NCBI GenBank assembly: GCA_964609585.1
Contig: CAZSRA010000005.1
Location: forward strand, 2,502-66,501
Source: an uncultured Candidatus Saccharimonadales bacterium
GTDB lineage: Bacteria; Patescibacteriota; Saccharimonadia; UBA4664
Direction: 5' to 3'
DNA length: 64,000 bases
Part shown: positions 26,200-36,931 of the stretch, piece by piece
How positions within the stretch are numbered: the stretch's first letter is position 1
How the letters are laid out: the number at the start of each line of letters is the position of its first letter
The notes under the pieces: model-generated
Seen by the model: the letters and a program-made list of their open reading frames with translations, nothing else
Told to the model about the DNA's origin: nothing
The model's database searches: none
Position numbers and translations under genes: made by a program

Positions 26200-27729
26200 T
26201 TAGGTTTGTGGCGTTTGACCGAGATACTCTTTGACTATATTGGCTTTAGCGAGGCCGACAATAGCGGCGACCTCTTCGAGAGTGGCAAGCTTTACTCCCT
26301 GAACCGAGCCAAAACGACGAATGAGGAGTTTGCGAGTGGCGGGGCCCACGCCCGGAATGTCGTCGAGGAGACTCGAGGTTTGGCGTTTGCCGCGGAGGAT
26401 GGTTTGGTAGGTGATGGCAAAACGATGAGCTTCGTCGCGGACGCGCTGGAGGAGCTGGAGGATATGGGAGGTGTGTGGGAGGAGGATGGATTCGTAGGTG
26501 TCGCCGGCGACGGTGCGTTCGAAGGTGTAGGCATCTAATTTTTTGGCTTCGGCTTGCTTTCGCCCATCCTTTTCTGCCAACCCGGGGGCGGGCAGACTGT
26601 GGGTAGTGCGGCGGATGATTTCTTCTTCGCGTTTGGCGAGGCCGATGGCGGGGATTTTCATACCGAGCTGATCGAGCACGCCGAGGGCAGCGGCGAGTTG
26701 GGGCTGACCACCGTCGATGAGGAGCAGATCCGGCATAGGCCAGTCGGCAAGGTTTTTGGGGCTAAAGCGCCGCGTGATGACTTCGCGCATATGAGCGTAA
26801 TCGTCGTTGCCGGTGAGGTTCATTTTGAAGCGGCGATAATGGTCGCGGTTGGGCACGCCGTCGGTGAAGACGACCATGCTGGCCACGTTGTCGACGCCGC
26901 CGAGGTGGGAAATGTCGAAGGCTTCGATGCGGCGCGGCTCGCTGGGGAGGCCGAGGCGCTCGGCGAGGCCCACGAGTGCTTGGTCGCGCGTGAGGTCGAA
27001 GGCTTCTTTGTCACCAAAGATCATTTGCTTGCTGAAGGATTTGAGGTCGCTGAGCTGGTCGCGCAGGTGAGCGGCGGTTTCGAAATCTTTCTTTTTGGCG
27101 GCGCGGAGCATGTCGGTTTCGAGGTTGGTCATGAGTTTGGTTTGCTCGCCGCGTAGGTAGAGTTCGAGGCGGCGAATAGTTTTGCGGTAATCTATGGCCG
27201 TAATGGCGCCCTCTTCGGGGCCGGGGCAGAGGCCGATGTGATATTGAAGGCAGCCGCGGTTGGGCCAATTGGCGTGGGTGACATACGGGAACACTTTGCG
27301 GAGCATGCGCATGGCGCGGCGAAGGGCGTCGGCGGAGGTGAAGGGGCCGTAGTAGTGGGCCTTATCGTCCATGGGACGGCGTACGTAGCTAATGACGGGA
27401 AATTCGTCGGCGGAAATTTTGATGTAGAGCCAATTTTTGTCGTCTTTGAGGTCAATGTTGTATTTGGGCTTGTAGCGTTTGATGAACTCGGACTCGAGGA
27501 AAAGCGCTTCAACTTCGCTACCAACGGTGATCCATTCGGTGTCAGCGATGTCGGCCACAAGGAGGTTGGTTTTGGGGTCGCGGTGTTTGTTTTGGAAATA
27601 GCTCATGACTCGGTTTTTGAGCACGGAAGCTTTGCCAATGTAGATGATTTTTTTGTCGGCGTCGCGGTGAAAGTAAACGCCGGGCTCAGCGGGGAGGGTT
27701 TTGAGTTTGGCTCGGAGTTGGTCGGTCAT
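26200..27729 (-). CDS. uvrC: excinuclease ABC subunit C
   Basis: GIY-YIG N-terminus (PGVYFHRDADKKIIYIGKASVLKNRV), UvrBC-interaction region and C-terminal HhH (LLDDIPGVGPATRKLLIRRFGSVQGV). Confidence 0.9.
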   Translation of the reverse strand: MTDQLRAKLKTLPAEPGVYFHRDADKKIIYIGKASVLKNRVMSYFQNKHRDPKTNLLVADIADTEWITVGSEVEALFLESEFIKRYKPKYNIDLKDDKNWLYIKISADEFPVISYVRRPMDDKAHYYGPFTSADALRRAMRMLRKVFPYVTHANWPNRGCLQYHIGLCPGPEEGAITAIDYRKTIRRLELYLRGEQTKLMTNLETDMLRAAKKKDFETAAHLRDQLSDLKSFSKQMIFGDKEAFDLTRDQALVGLAERLGLPSEPRRIEAFDISHLGGVDNVASMVVFTDGVPNRDHYRRFKMNLTGNDDYAHMREVITRRFSPKNLADWPMPDLLLIDGGQPQLAAALGVLDQLGMKIPAIGLAKREEEIIRRTTHSLPAPGLAEKDGRKQAEAKKLDAYTFERTVAGDTYESILLPHTSHILQLLQRVRDEAHRFAITYQTILRGKRQTSSLLDDIPGVGPATRKLLIRRFGSVQGVKLATLEEVAAIVGLAKANIVKEYLGQTPQT

Positions 27730-27780
27730 GGTTTATATTATACGGTATTATTGTAAAATTGTTAAAAATATGCTATAATT

Positions 27781-28389
27781 ATGAGGACAAGCACTTCCCC
27801 TAGCCCACTGGAGCAAAGCATGCGTTTGTTGAACATCCAGGTCCTAGCCGGTGGAACCGGATCAAGCCCCGCACCGACCCACTTCAACTGGCCGATGGTC
27901 GTGCCGATGGTGGCCTTTGCCGTCGGTGTGATCATCATCACTCTGGTCGCGACCTCCCAGAGGAGCCTCTGGAGCGTCCGGATGGTCGCCCTGCTGCTGA
28001 GCGGACTCGGTGCGTTCGTCCTCGGCGGCTACAGTGTGGTACACACGGCAGGCGGACTGTACGTCAAGTCGGCTCCGGCTACCGACAGCGTGATGAACAG
28101 CTGCGGAACCTACCTTGGCCTCGAGGGCGGCGACGCGAACCCGGACGCACTACGGGACTTTCGGATCTGCGTTCACGGCTGGAACAGCGGCCACGGCCGG
28201 CCGGTCCCGGTGACGGTGAAGGTGACGACGACTCTGCAAGACTTCGCCGACCACCACCGTGAGCTTGGTCCGGCCAAGACGCTGATCGTGACCAGCCACA
28301 CGCCTCCTCAGGGCGGCGCGTCAGGGAGCGCCATGTCGGACGACCCGAACATGGCGCTCTATCCGGGCGACCTCGTCGAAGCCGGCTAA
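27781..28389 (+). CDS. hypothetical membrane protein (high-GC)
   Basis: 202 aa at about 65% GC with 2 TM helices. Confidence 0.4.
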   Translation: MRTSTSPSPLEQSMRLLNIQVLAGGTGSSPAPTHFNWPMVVPMVAFAVGVIIITLVATSQRSLWSVRMVALLLSGLGAFVLGGYSVVHTAGGLYVKSAPATDSVMNSCGTYLGLEGGDANPDALRDFRICVHGWNSGHGRPVPVTVKVTTTLQDFADHHRELGPAKTLIVTSHTPPQGGASGSAMSDDPNMALYPGDLVEAG

Positions 28390-28557
28390 TCCCGGCTTCT
28401 GTGACCTGCGGGCCCCGTCATGCTGACGGGGCCCTTCTGGCGTCTGAGTGCAGCAATGTGGAAACGCAGGCGGAGGTCAAGAGAACTTATGCTTGACTTT
28501 GCTCACTAATTATCCTAGCGTATGTTAGCCCAACGAACACACACATAGGGAGCCATA

Positions 28558-28911
28558 ATGGCCAATCCTGAAGTCCAAACGTCCGACACGGTGGACGAAG
28601 CTATCCGGGGTCGCCGCTACATGGCGAGTCTGCTTCTCGGATTCGTCGCCGAACAGCTGCCAGCGGATGCAACGGTCGACACCGTAACGTTCCGAGTGGG
28701 GTGCAGTAACGTTTCGGAACAACCGGCGGCGAACGGTGGACACCCGAGGCAGTGCTGCGGGGTCAGCGTCATCATCCGCCCGAGAACGGGCGGTCCCGGT
28801 GCACTCCTGCAGTATTTCGAGGTCGTTGCGCTCGTGAGCCCCGGCGACGAGCGCCTTCTGAGCGAGCTGCACGACAAGTCCTGGATGCAGGGTGCGGTGT
28901 CGGCAAGCTGA
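28558..28911 (+). CDS. hypothetical protein (high-GC)
   Basis: 117 aa, followed by a hairpin terminator at 28937-28980. Confidence 0.35.
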   Translation: MANPEVQTSDTVDEAIRGRRYMASLLLGFVAEQLPADATVDTVTFRVGCSNVSEQPAANGGHPRQCCGVSVIIRPRTGGPGALLQYFEVVALVSPGDERLLSELHDKSWMQGAVSAS

Positions 28912-28936
28912 AGACGCCGACGCCCTACAACCCGTG

Positions 28937-28980
28937 GCCTCCGCCTTGAAGTAACAGGGCGGAGGCTTAGGCCTTTTTAG
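28937..28980 (+). terminator. rho-independent terminator-like hairpin
   Basis: A 9-bp stem GCCTCCGCC/GGCGGAGGC with loop TTGAAGTAACAG is followed by TTAGGCCTTTTT. It sits in the convergent gap between 28558-28911 (+) and uvrA (-). Confidence 0.5.
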
Positions 28981-28984
28981 GCAA

Positions 28985-31822
28985 TTATTTTTGTGGCCTA
29001 GTGGCTTTTTCGAAAATACGCTTGAGGTAGCGGCCGGTGTGGCTGCCTTCAATGCCGGCGATGCGCTCGGGCGAGCCGATGCCGAGCACAGTGCCGCCAC
29101 CAGCACCACCTTCGGGGCCCATGTCGATGAGCCAGTCGGAGCTTTTGATGACGTCGAGGTTGTGTTCAATGACGAGCACGGAGTTGCCGGTGTCGACGAG
29201 AGCGTTGAGGACGGCCAGCAGGCGGTTGACGTCTTCGAAGTGGAGGCCAGTGGTGGGCTCATCGAGAATGTAGAGGGTTTTGCCGGTGGAGCGGCGAGCC
29301 AGCTCGGTGGCGAGTTTGATACGTTGAGCTTCGCCGCCGGAGAAGGTGGTGGCGGATTGGCCGAGATGGATGTAGCCGAGGCCGACTTGGTTTAAGGTAT
29401 CGAATTTGCGGCGGATGGGCGGGATGTTTTCGAAGAATGTGACTGCTTCTTCGACCGTCATGTCGAGAACTTCGGAGATGTTTTTGCCTTTGTAGTGAAT
29501 TTCGAGGGCCTCGCGGTTGTAGCGGCGACCTTTGCATTCTTCGCAGGTTACGTACACATCGGGCAGGAAATGCATCTCGATTTTGATGATGCCGTCACCC
29601 CGGCAGAGTTCGCAGCGGCCACCTTTGACATTGAAGGAGAAGCGGCCGGCTTTGTAGCCGCGGATTTTGGCTTCGGGGGTTTGAGCAAAGAGCTCGCGGA
29701 TGTCGCCGAAGACGCCGGTGTAGGTGGCAGGGTTTGAGCGCGGCGTGCGACCGATAGGGCTTTGGTCGACGGAGATGACTTTGTCGAGATTTTTGAGGCC
29801 TACGATTTCGTCGTGTTTGCCCGGTAGATCGCCGGCGCGGTGATAGACTTGGGCTAATTTTTTGGCGAGGATGTCGTTGACGAGACTTGATTTGCCCGAG
29901 CCGGACACGCCGGTGACGGATACGAGCATGCCGAGAGGGATTTCCACATCGACGCCTTTGAGATTGTGCTCGCGGGCGTTTTTGACAGTGATGGATTTGT
30001 GGTTGCCGGGGCGACGTTTTTTCGGTATTTTGATGGATTTTGCGCCGGAGAGGTACTGGCCGGTGAGGCTTTCGGGTACGGCTTCGACCTGAGCTGGAGT
30101 GCCGGCCGCCACAATGTGCCCACCGTGCTCGCCGGCGAGGGGGCCGACGTCGATGACGTAGTCGGCCATGCGAATGGTATCTTCATCGTGCTCCACGACG
30201 ATGACGGTGTTGCCGAGGTCGCGCAGGCGCACGAGGGTGGCGATGAGGCGGTCGTTATCGCGCTGGTGAAGGCCGATGCTGGGCTCGTCGAGAATATAGA
30301 GCACGCCCATGAGACTGGAGCCGATTTGGGTTGCCAGGCGAATGCGTTGAGCTTCACCTCCGGCGAGGGTGTTGGCACTGCGGTCGAGGGTGAGGTAATT
30401 GAGACCAACATCGCGCAAGAAGCTCAGTCGTGCACTGATTTCTTTGAGGATTTGGGTGGCGATTTGAGCCTCGCGGGCCCCTAGCTCGAGGTTTTCGAAC
30501 ATGCTAGCAGCCTCGCCGATGGAGAGGGTGGTGAGGTCCACAATGGATTTACCGCCAACGGTGACGGCCAGAATTTCGGGTTTGAGTCGTTTGCCGTGAC
30601 ACACGGGGCATTCACGCTCAGTCATGTATTTTTCGATGTCTTTGCGCACAAATTCGGAATCGGTTTCGTGGTAACGGCGCTCCATGTTGGGTATGACACC
30701 TTCGAAATTGGTGTGATAGGTGCGGCCGGCTGGTCCGCGCATGGAGATTTCGGTGTCGCCGGAGCCGTAGAGGATGATGCGTAGGTCGGCGGGCTTCATT
30801 TCGATTACGGGGGTGTCGAGCGAGAAGCCGTAGGTTTTGGCCACGCCTTCGAGGAGTTTGGTGTACCAATTCATGCGCGTAGTGGTTTTGGCCCAAGGGC
30901 GAATGGCTCCTTCAGCCAGGGTGAGGCGGCGATTGGGAATGACGGCTTCGGGGTCCACTTCGAGGCGGGTACCGAGGCCGGTACAGTGCGGGCAGGCACC
31001 GTGGGGTGAGTTGAACGAGAAGTTGCGGGGGGCGATGTCGGGGAGGTTGACCTCGCGGTGGACGGGGCAGGCGTAATGCTCGGAGAAGACCTGCTCTTTG
31101 GCGTCGTCGGGGGTGAGCATTTTAATGATGCCGTCGCTCAGTGCAAGCCCTTGTTCGAGGCTTTCGGTGAGGCGCTGGCGGATGTCGGGGCTGACGGCCA
31201 GACGATCGACCACGGCTTCGAGGGTGTGCTTTTTTTGCTTGTCGAGGTCGGGGAAATCGTCGATGTCGATGATGGTACCGTCGACGCGCAAGCGGGTGTA
31301 GCCAGCTTTGCGGAGTTCAACAGCCACATTGCGGTGCTCGCCTTTTTTGTCGTCGATGACGGGGGCGAGCAGCATGATGCGGGTGTTTTCGGGGAGTTCC
31401 ATAATTTGGTCCACGATTTGGCCCGAGGTTTGGCGCAAGACTTCGCGCCCGCAAATGGGGCAATGTGGGATACCAACGCGAGCGTAGAGCAAGCGCAAAT
31501 AGTCGTAGATTTCGGTGACGGTGCCAACGGTGGAGCGAGGGTTGCGGGAACTGGATTTTTGATCGATGGAAATGGCCGGCGAGAGGCCGTCGATTTGGTC
31601 GACGTCGGGCTTTTCCATGAGGCCAAGGAATTGGCGGGCGTAGGCGGAAAGCGATTCCACATAACGACGCTGCCCTTCGGCGTAGATGGTGTCGAAGGCG
31701 AGGGATGATTTGCCGGAGCCAGATAGCCCGGTAATAACTACGAGTTGGTCGCGCGGAATTTCGACGTCGACGTTTTTGAGGTTGTGCTCGCGGGCGCCGC
31801 GAACCACGATTTTGTCGGTCAT
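28985..31822 (-). CDS. uvrA: excinuclease ABC subunit A
   Basis: Starts [45 protein letters not shown]. It has two ABC ATPase modules and zinc-finger CxxC pairs. The true start is ATG 31822; the ORF-track entry runs 215 codons further upstream through an open high-GC frame. Confidence 0.9.
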   Translation of the reverse strand: MTDKIVVRGAREHNLKNVDVEIPRDQLVVITGLSGSGKSSLAFDTIYAEGQRRYVESLSAYARQFLGLMEKPDVDQIDGLSPAISIDQKSSSRNPRSTVGTVTEIYDYLRLLYARVGIPHCPICGREVLRQTSGQIVDQIMELPENTRIMLLAPVIDDKKGEHRNVAVELRKAGYTRLRVDGTIIDIDDFPDLDKQKKHTLEAVVDRLAVSPDIRQRLTESLEQGLALSDGIIKMLTPDDAKEQVFSEHYACPVHREVNLPDIAPRNFSFNSPHGACPHCTGLGTRLEVDPEAVIPNRRLTLAEGAIRPWAKTTTRMNWYTKLLEGVAKTYGFSLDTPVIEMKPADLRIILYGSGDTEISMRGPAGRTYHTNFEGVIPNMERRYHETDSEFVRKDIEKYMTERECPVCHGKRLKPEILAVTVGGKSIVDLTTLSIGEAASMFENLELGAREAQIATQILKEISARLSFLRDVGLNYLTLDRSANTLAGGEAQRIRLATQIGSSLMGVLYILDEPSIGLHQRDNDRLIATLVRLRDLGNTVIVVEHDEDTIRMADYVIDVGPLAGEHGGHIVAAGTPAQVEAVPESLTGQYLSGAKSIKIPKKRRPGNHKSITVKNAREHNLKGVDVEIPLGMLVSVTGVSGSGKSSLVNDILAKKLAQVYHRAGDLPGKHDEIVGLKNLDKVISVDQSPIGRTPRSNPATYTGVFGDIRELFAQTPEAKIRGYKAGRFSFNVKGGRCELCRGDGIIKIEMHFLPDVYVTCEECKGRRYNREALEIHYKGKNISEVLDMTVEEAVTFFENIPPIRRKFDTLNQVGLGYIHLGQSATTFSGGEAQRIKLATELARRSTGKTLYILDEPTTGLHFEDVNRLLAVLNALVDTGNSVLVIEHNLDVIKSSDWLIDMGPEGGAGGGTVLGIGSPERIAGIEGSHTGRYLKRIFEKATRPQK

Positions 31823-32022
31823 ACCACCTTTCGCCGGCTTCGAAAACAACACACTGGGCCGGTCATTACGGAGTGGAATTGTACAGGAATTTGGGGGATT
31901 TGGCAAACCATTAGGGGCGTGCATTTTAAAATCGAAAAGCCCCGCGCCCGCCAGCTGGATTGCTGGAGGCACGGGGCGTCCCGTTGATACTTGGAGGTAC
32001 GGCTCGGCTGGCTCGGGGCCGT

Positions 32023-32883
32023 TCAGCCCATGGGCTTGAACTCGCTGAGCGCCTTCAGCTGGCGGACGGCCGAGTTGATTCGCTCGGCCCACAGCCGCGG
32101 CTGGTCGGCGAAGGAGTTGTGGTAGGCGCCGGGCACATACCGTTGCTTCAGGAAGTTCTTGCCGTAGATCCGACACAGGAGCCGCTCGGCGACCCGGCTG
32201 CGCAGGAACCGGTCGTTCCCGTACTCGCAGAAGAGCAGGATGGTCGTGGTGGTGCGCTGGCGAGCGGAGAGGCCGGAGCGGCGGCCGAAGTTGAGCAAGC
32301 AGAGGATCTGAGCTCGCCGGGTCTTGGGATCGACGTCCCCCATGAACTCGACGTGGCGGGCGGAGATCTGCTTGGCCTCTTCTTCCACCACGGGAGCCGG
32401 ACCGGTGACTAGCTTCCACTTCCAGAACGACCGGGGAAGCAAGAAGGTGGCCGGCACTCCGAGGCACAGGACGCCGTGCGGGATGAGCTTGAGGCTCCGA
32501 GCCTTCACCATCGGGTCGATGTAGACGTTGCCGATGAGCTCGACCGACTGGTAGTGCTCGGGATCGTCAGCCAGGCAGTCTTCGACCGCGGTGATTACCC
32601 CGGCGCCCATGGAGGCGCCGATGACGATGAGCCGCCGGTAGTCGTTGGCCTTGGCGTAGTCGAGGATTGCCCTCGCTTCGGCCTCCAAACTGTGGCCACC
32701 GGTGCCGTGGTTGACGGCGACCCAGTCACCACACGGGTCGAGTCCAACCCCCTCGAGTGCTTCGCGCACGATCTCGCCAGAGTTGGCGATCCCGACGGCG
32801 ACCGCGACGAGAAGGTTGGTTTCACCCGTGGGCCGAGGCCCCGTGATGAACGGAGCGATTTCCATGAGAGCCAAAGCCCTCAC
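32023..32883 (-). CDS. alpha/beta-hydrolase-fold protein (high-GC)
   Basis: Nucleophile elbow [10 protein letters not shown] (GxSxG) at about 66% GC. The start may be an internal ATG. Confidence 0.55.
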   Translation of the reverse strand: MRALALMEIAPFITGPRPTGETNLLVAVAVGIANSGEIVREALEGVGLDPCGDWVAVNHGTGGHSLEAEARAILDYAKANDYRRLIVIGASMGAGVITAVEDCLADDPEHYQSVELIGNVYIDPMVKARSLKLIPHGVLCLGVPATFLLPRSFWKWKLVTGPAPVVEEEAKQISARHVEFMGDVDPKTRRAQILCLLNFGRRSGLSARQRTTTTILLFCEYGNDRFLRSRVAERLLCRIYGKNFLKQRYVPGAYHNSFADQPRLWAERINSAVRQLKALSEFKPMG

Positions 32884-32919
32884 CTCCTAGGGTAGAATCA
32901 ACGTACTTGGGACTTGTAT

Positions 32920-32948
32920 ATTATATCATGAAAACTATAAAAATGCAA
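32920..32948 (-). promoter_or_regulatory. sigma70-like promoter TTGCAT-N17-TATAAT
   Basis: The minus-strand reading is TTGCAT ttttatagttttcatga TATAAT. It lies in an AT-rich linker just upstream of the high-GC ORF 32023-32883. Confidence 0.5.
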
Positions 32949-33056
32949 AATATTACCCCAAAGAAAAGGCCCGGCGGCGTGCCGGGCGGACGCGAAGTTT
33001 TTGGGAGTTGGTAGGTAGCCTTCGAAACCTTTTGTGATGTTACCGTGACCCGTGGC

Positions 33057-33809
33057 CTACCAGAGATGCAAGGGCCACCTGACGTCGGCGTCGAGCCAGT
33101 GCAAACTGAGGTACCAGGAGCTCGAAACGGGGAGTCCCGTCCGGACCTGGTCCACCACGAGGAGTCCTCCGTAGACGGCGAGCATACAGGCCATCAGGAC
33201 GACGATGCGCGTGGGCACGGTCGGAGGGATGTTTGCCTCGGAGGCGCGCCCGACGGCCGTCAGGTTCGTCACCTTCGGGCGCAACCAGTTGTCCATGAGG
33301 GGGACGACGACGTTGAGGACCGTGCCGCCAATCGCCGGGATGATCCCGAGGTTGTGGGCCAGCGACGTGGGCGAGGAGTGCAGGCGCACGTCCAAGTCCG
33401 GCGAGTTGCCGTTGGTGGGCCCGCCGCTCAGGTGGAACCCGATACCGGCGATGAGACCGATGGTGTAGCAGCCGACGTTCCACTTCCAGCCGACGTAGCG
33501 CGTGTCGTTGAACACGCCGCCGATGCGCTCCCAGCCCCAGGCTGCGAAGCTCAGGAGAAGCGGCAGCACGATGGCGTCGCCTAGGACGGCCGCGTAGCTG
33601 ATGTTTCGCCAGCCGAAGCTGTTTGGCTGCATGTGCTGGCAAGCCATCCAGACGTAGGCGATTGCCATGGGGCTGACCACGATGATCCACAGCGGTGCCC
33701 CGACCCTCCGACCGGCCTTTACAGCCGGCATCAGGTTTGCGTACCCGCCCAGACCGAAAAGCACGGCCATGATGGCGAACAAGCGGTCGTCGATTTGCAT
33801 GTAACTCAC
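33057..33809 (-). CDS. hypothetical integral membrane protein (high-GC)
   Basis: 250-aa ORF with about 6 TM helices. Confidence 0.45.
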   Translation of the reverse strand: MSYMQIDDRLFAIMAVLFGLGGYANLMPAVKAGRRVGAPLWIIVVSPMAIAYVWMACQHMQPNSFGWRNISYAAVLGDAIVLPLLLSFAAWGWERIGGVFNDTRYVGWKWNVGCYTIGLIAGIGFHLSGGPTNGNSPDLDVRLHSSPTSLAHNLGIIPAIGGTVLNVVVPLMDNWLRPKVTNLTAVGRASEANIPPTVPTRIVVLMACMLAVYGGLLVVDQVRTGLPVSSSWYLSLHWLDADVRWPLHLW

Positions 33810-33852
33810 CTTTCGTGAGTCGTCTACCCGAGGAACTTCCTCAAGCTTTTAT

Positions 33853-33881
33853 ATTATAACATTTATCTTTCAAATTCGCAA
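33853..33881 (-). promoter_or_regulatory. sigma70-like promoter TTGCGA-N17-TATAAT
   Basis: The minus-strand reading is TTGCGA atttgaaagataaatgt TATAAT, in an AT-rich linker upstream of 33057-33809. Confidence 0.45.
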
Positions 33882-34073
33882 CTTAATCCATGTGACTGAT
33901 ACCTACTTATTTGGTTGAGACTTATGCAATTCACCCCTAACCACAAGTGCCGCCACCTCGTCATGCAGCATAAACTCAGTTCCAGCAAGCTGGGTGAAGG
34001 CGGCGTACGGGGTTAAACTTTCGCCTTCGATCTGCGCTTTTTTCACTCTGGCTTGAACTTCTCTAGAGTCGGA

Positions 34074-34538
34074 TCAATTGTGTAATGGAGCTGGTAGCGG
34101 CGATACCGGATATGGAACATTAACCCGGTAGGTGAAGCATTGATAGCCTTTGGTGTGGGTAGCGGTATTGGGTGAGGCGCCGATTACGATGTTGGGACGG
34201 GCGGTAGCTTGACCGTCGGTTAAGAAGGTGGCACAAAGCTGATATTGGCCAAACAAGGACGGCTTATAATCATAATTTGCGAGTCTTTTTTTAACGCCGC
34301 TGGTGAGGCCGGATAGCTCGGAGAGGCTAGCGGGTAGGGTTGCTGCGCCCGATAAGCCATTTCTGGCTTCGACATCAACAGCCTGGCTGATAGCCGTAAA
34401 ATCTGATTCGATCGTGGCGTCGTGGGCGGGTCCTTGGCGGAGGGCGAAGTTCGTTGCGATAGCGCCAGCACAAAACACGCCAAGCACTAGTACTGTGATT
34501 TGGTAGCGTTGAAGGGGTTTAAGCGTCTTGGTGCTCAT
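34074..34538 (-). CDS. hypothetical exported/anchored protein
   Basis: 154 aa with an N-terminal TM/signal anchor. Confidence 0.45.
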   Translation of the reverse strand: MSTKTLKPLQRYQITVLVLGVFCAGAIATNFALRQGPAHDATIESDFTAISQAVDVEARNGLSGAATLPASLSELSGLTSGVKKRLANYDYKPSLFGQYQLCATFLTDGQATARPNIVIGASPNTATHTKGYQCFTYRVNVPYPVSPLPAPLHN

Positions 34539-35217
34539 CGCGCCAATAGTAGAGAAATATACCGCCGGCTATGGCGAGCGTGATGGCTAGATGGACAAAA
34601 TTGCCGAGGATGCTGCTGGACGCAGGGCTACCGAAAGCGTTATAGGAGGGTGCCGTACTGGTTGGGCTCGATATGAGGCTGTAAACGAAATTAATGACAT
34701 TGCCGAGGCCGACTATAAACGTAACGATGAGTGTGAGCTGGATGCTTTTTTTGCGCGAAGGATCGCGACGAAGACGGTCATCGCTAAGCTCGGCTTTTTT
34801 GAGACGAAGGAAAAGGTAGGCCAGAATGGGAAAGCTCACGATTAGGGCAGATGAGGCGATGGATGTAGGGCCTGTAGAGTCAAGAAGTGAGCCATCGGAA
34901 CCAAAGAGCGTGTTGACACTGGAGTGCAAAATGGAGCCCAGCGAAGTAGCCGCTACGGCAAGCGCAATGAACATGATGATGTACTCCAGACCCCGGGTAG
35001 AGAAGTTTTGGACGACAGCGTGCGGCAATACTTGGGGATCGTGATTCTGTGCGGACGGAGGCGGCGGGACGGGTAGATCGTCGTCCTGACCTTTGAGGCC
35101 TGCAGCGACCATTTTTCTGTCCCAGCCAGCGGCCAAGAGATCGGCTTTAATTTGGTTGTCTGAATGGCCTTTTTCTCGAGCGGCGGCGATGTACTCAACG
35201 AGAGACTGATGCGGCAC
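34519..35217 (-). CDS. hypothetical membrane protein
   Basis: 232 aa with a soluble N-terminus and then 4 TM helices. It overlaps the start of the downstream gene by 20 nt. Confidence 0.5.
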   Translation of the reverse strand: MPHQSLVEYIAAAREKGHSDNQIKADLLAAGWDRKMVAAGLKGQDDDLPVPPPPSAQNHDPQVLPHAVVQNFSTRGLEYIIMFIALAVAATSLGSILHSSVNTLFGSDGSLLDSTGPTSIASSALIVSFPILAYLFLRLKKAELSDDRLRRDPSRKKSIQLTLIVTFIVGLGNVINFVYSLISSPTSTAPSYNAFGSPASSSILGNFVHLAITLAIAGGIFLYYWRDEHQDA

Positions 35218-35276
35218 GAAGGGTTCTCCGTAAATGCTTTTGGTTTATTGTGGGCCCAGGCGATGCGCGTGTCAAA

Positions 35277-35468
35277 TTAGCGGGCGCGGTAGAGATCGGC
35301 TTCGGCGTCTGCCTGAGCTTGTTCGGCTTGCTGCTGCTCAGTGCGCAAATTATCGGCGGCAGTTCTGGTATCGGCAGCTCGGGTATCGAGGTCGTCGGCC
35401 TGTGAGCGAAGGTCGCCGGCTTGGCGTTCGAGATCGTCAGCAGTTCGTTCCATGTCGTTTGGGTCCAT
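35277..35468 (-). CDS. small acidic coiled-coil protein (63 aa)
   Basis: Repetitive D/A/R/Q-rich helix with a GGAGGG motif upstream. The call is weak. Confidence 0.3.
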   Translation of the reverse strand: MDPNDMERTADDLERQAGDLRSQADDLDTRAADTRTAADNLRTEQQQAEQAQADAEADLYRAR

Positions 35469-35600
35469 AGGATGCCCTCCGTTTTTGATATATGGGTATA
35501 TTACCGAGAGGGGGGCAGCTTAGCTTCGTCGGTGGTGAGCAAAAAGGTGTTGGTAACGAGCGGTTTTTTGGAATTTCTCCTAAAAAACAGCGCTAGAGAC

Positions 35601-35637
35601 GCGAAAACCGCCGGGTCCCTTGGACGGACCCGACGGC
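35601..35637 (-). terminator. rho-independent terminator (hairpin plus U-run) after 35650-36111
   Basis: The minus-strand reading is GCCGTCGGGTCC GTCCAA GGGACCCGGCGG TTTTCG, 10 nt after the stop. It is homologous to the hairpin at 36319-36349. Confidence 0.55.
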
Positions 35638-35649
35638 ATCGAACCGTAT

Positions 35650-36111
35650 CTACTGTTCATCCCTCCTGAGAATGGCGAGCCCGGCGTAGACTCCGATGAT
35701 AGAGCCGAGGTATGCCGCGGCCGTGACCACGAACCTGGTCTGGTCCTGCGAAGACAGCTTGTGGAACTCGGCGCCCACAAGCAAGCCTTCGGCCCACTGC
35801 CAGACGATGGCTAGGCCGATTGCCAACGCAACGACGAAGCCGTTGAGGCGGGACAGGCTACTGTCATCGATCTTGGCCGCAATGAAACGGCAGGGCAGAG
35901 CAGTGGCGCAACCCAGTAGGGCCGGGGCCGCCAGCCACACCGGCGGGAGGTCGCCTTTGAACCAGTTGGCGAACCAATTGGCAATTCCGGCGGCCACGAG
36001 GATCGCGAAGATCAGGCTGATGTTCCAGAAGCGCAGGGGCAGGAATCGGTCGATGCGAGCAACCAAGCTATCGGACGAGCGCCGGACGGGGGTGGCGATG
36101 GTGGCAGACAT
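35650..36111 (-). CDS. hypothetical membrane protein (153 aa)
   Basis: 4 TM helices. It is flanked by its own promoter/leader and terminator cassette. Confidence 0.5.
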   Translation of the reverse strand: MSATIATPVRRSSDSLVARIDRFLPLRFWNISLIFAILVAAGIANWFANWFKGDLPPVWLAAPALLGCATALPCRFIAAKIDDSSLSRLNGFVVALAIGLAIVWQWAEGLLVGAEFHKLSSQDQTRFVVTAAAYLGSIIGVYAGLAILRRDEQ

Positions 36112-36193
36112 GGGGAGCTCCAGAGCACGAGGAGGTATGAGTGATATGTGAATGGTTCGGCATCCCGCAAATATTGAGCGTGATGGTTTATGT

Positions 36194-36222
36194 ATTATAT
36201 AATACTTATGCTAAAAATGCAA
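36194..36222 (-). promoter_or_regulatory. sigma70-like promoter TTGCAT-N17-TATAAT
   Basis: The minus-strand reading is TTGCAT ttttagcataagtatta TATAAT. It is followed by an about 85-nt leader containing GATGCCGAACCA. Confidence 0.5.
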
Positions 36223-36300
36223 ATTTAATGTCCAAATGAGAGTTAGGGCAGCAAAATCTGGAATACAAAAAAACAGCCTAAGCTGTTCTGGCGATTCATT

Positions 36301-36349
36301 AGAATTTAAAAGCGGCTTACCGCCGGGCCCCTTGGACGGGCCCGGCGGT
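36301..36349 (-). terminator. hairpin terminator after 36364-36771
   Basis: 11-bp stem CCGCCGGGCCC/GGGCCCGGCGG followed by a short U-run. It is about 85% identical to the 35601-35637 element. Confidence 0.5.
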
Positions 36350-36363
36350 CTCGAACCGATGCT

Positions 36364-36771
36364 TCACTCGTCACTGGTGACGATCTTGTAGGAGAGGAGG
36401 TAGTTGAGGCCGGCGGCGATCAGGAAGATCACGACGGCCCAGGTCAGAGTGGGGTGCGATGACATGTAGTCCCCGAAGCTCTTGTTCGTGTATTCGATGT
36501 TGGCTTTCTTTCTGCCGGCTGGCACCGCCAACGCGAGGGCGACACCAACGACCAGCGTGAAGACGAAGCCGAGCATGTAGGAAACCTGGTATCCGCCGAC
36601 GGTCTCGTGGAAGAGCGCGAACCCGCCGAGTCCGCCGACGGCCCCGAGGAACGCGGCCATGGCGATAGGGGGAATGGCGTGCCCGCCGATGCTTGCGGCC
36701 AGCATGGCTGCGACGACGATGCGGGCGATCACCAGGATCAGTTGCACCTTGGCTACCTTGCTCAATCCCAT
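36364..36771 (-). CDS. hypothetical membrane protein (135 aa)
   Basis: 4 TM helices. Its coding sequence is unrelated to 35650-36111 despite homologous flanks. Confidence 0.5.
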   Translation of the reverse strand: MGLSKVAKVQLILVIARIVVAAMLAASIGGHAIPPIAMAAFLGAVGGLGGFALFHETVGGYQVSYMLGFVFTLVVGVALALAVPAGRKKANIEYTNKSFGDYMSSHPTLTWAVVIFLIAAGLNYLLSYKIVTSDE

Positions 36772-36842
36772 GGGGTCCTCCCGGACAAAGTGATGAATTG
36801 TGGTGGTTCGGCATCGGCCTCGTGTGAGTACGATGTTTTACT

Positions 36843-36871
36843 ATTATATAATGTATTTATAATAAATGCAA
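36843..36871 (-). promoter_or_regulatory. sigma70-like promoter TTGCAT-N17-TATAAT
   Basis: The minus-strand reading is TTGCAT ttattataaatacatta TATAAT, followed by a leader homologous to that of 35650-36111. Confidence 0.5.
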
Positions 36872-36902
36872 ATAAATATTGTCTTCGATCTCGAACTGGG
36901 CT

Positions 36903-36931
36903 TTGGCTTTTTAGAGCTTCGGTCCTATAAT
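36903..36931 (+). promoter_or_regulatory. sigma70-like promoter TTGGCT-N17-TATAAT
   Basis: Sits 30 nt upstream of ATG 36961, with GGAGAG 6 nt before the ATG. Confidence 0.45.

Noticed and set aside
31823-32467. 215-codon N-terminal extension of uvrA in the ORF track (1160 aa)
   Set aside because: UvrA homology begins at [15 protein letters not shown] (ATG 31822). The upstream part is just an open frame that overlaps the separate alpha/beta hydrolase gene.
33040-33690. Overlapping ORFs 33040-33690 (-) and 33045-33584 (+) within the 33057-33809 membrane-protein gene
   Set aside because: Both are alternative frames of a high-GC gene. Their Arg/His-rich products are typical out-of-frame translations.
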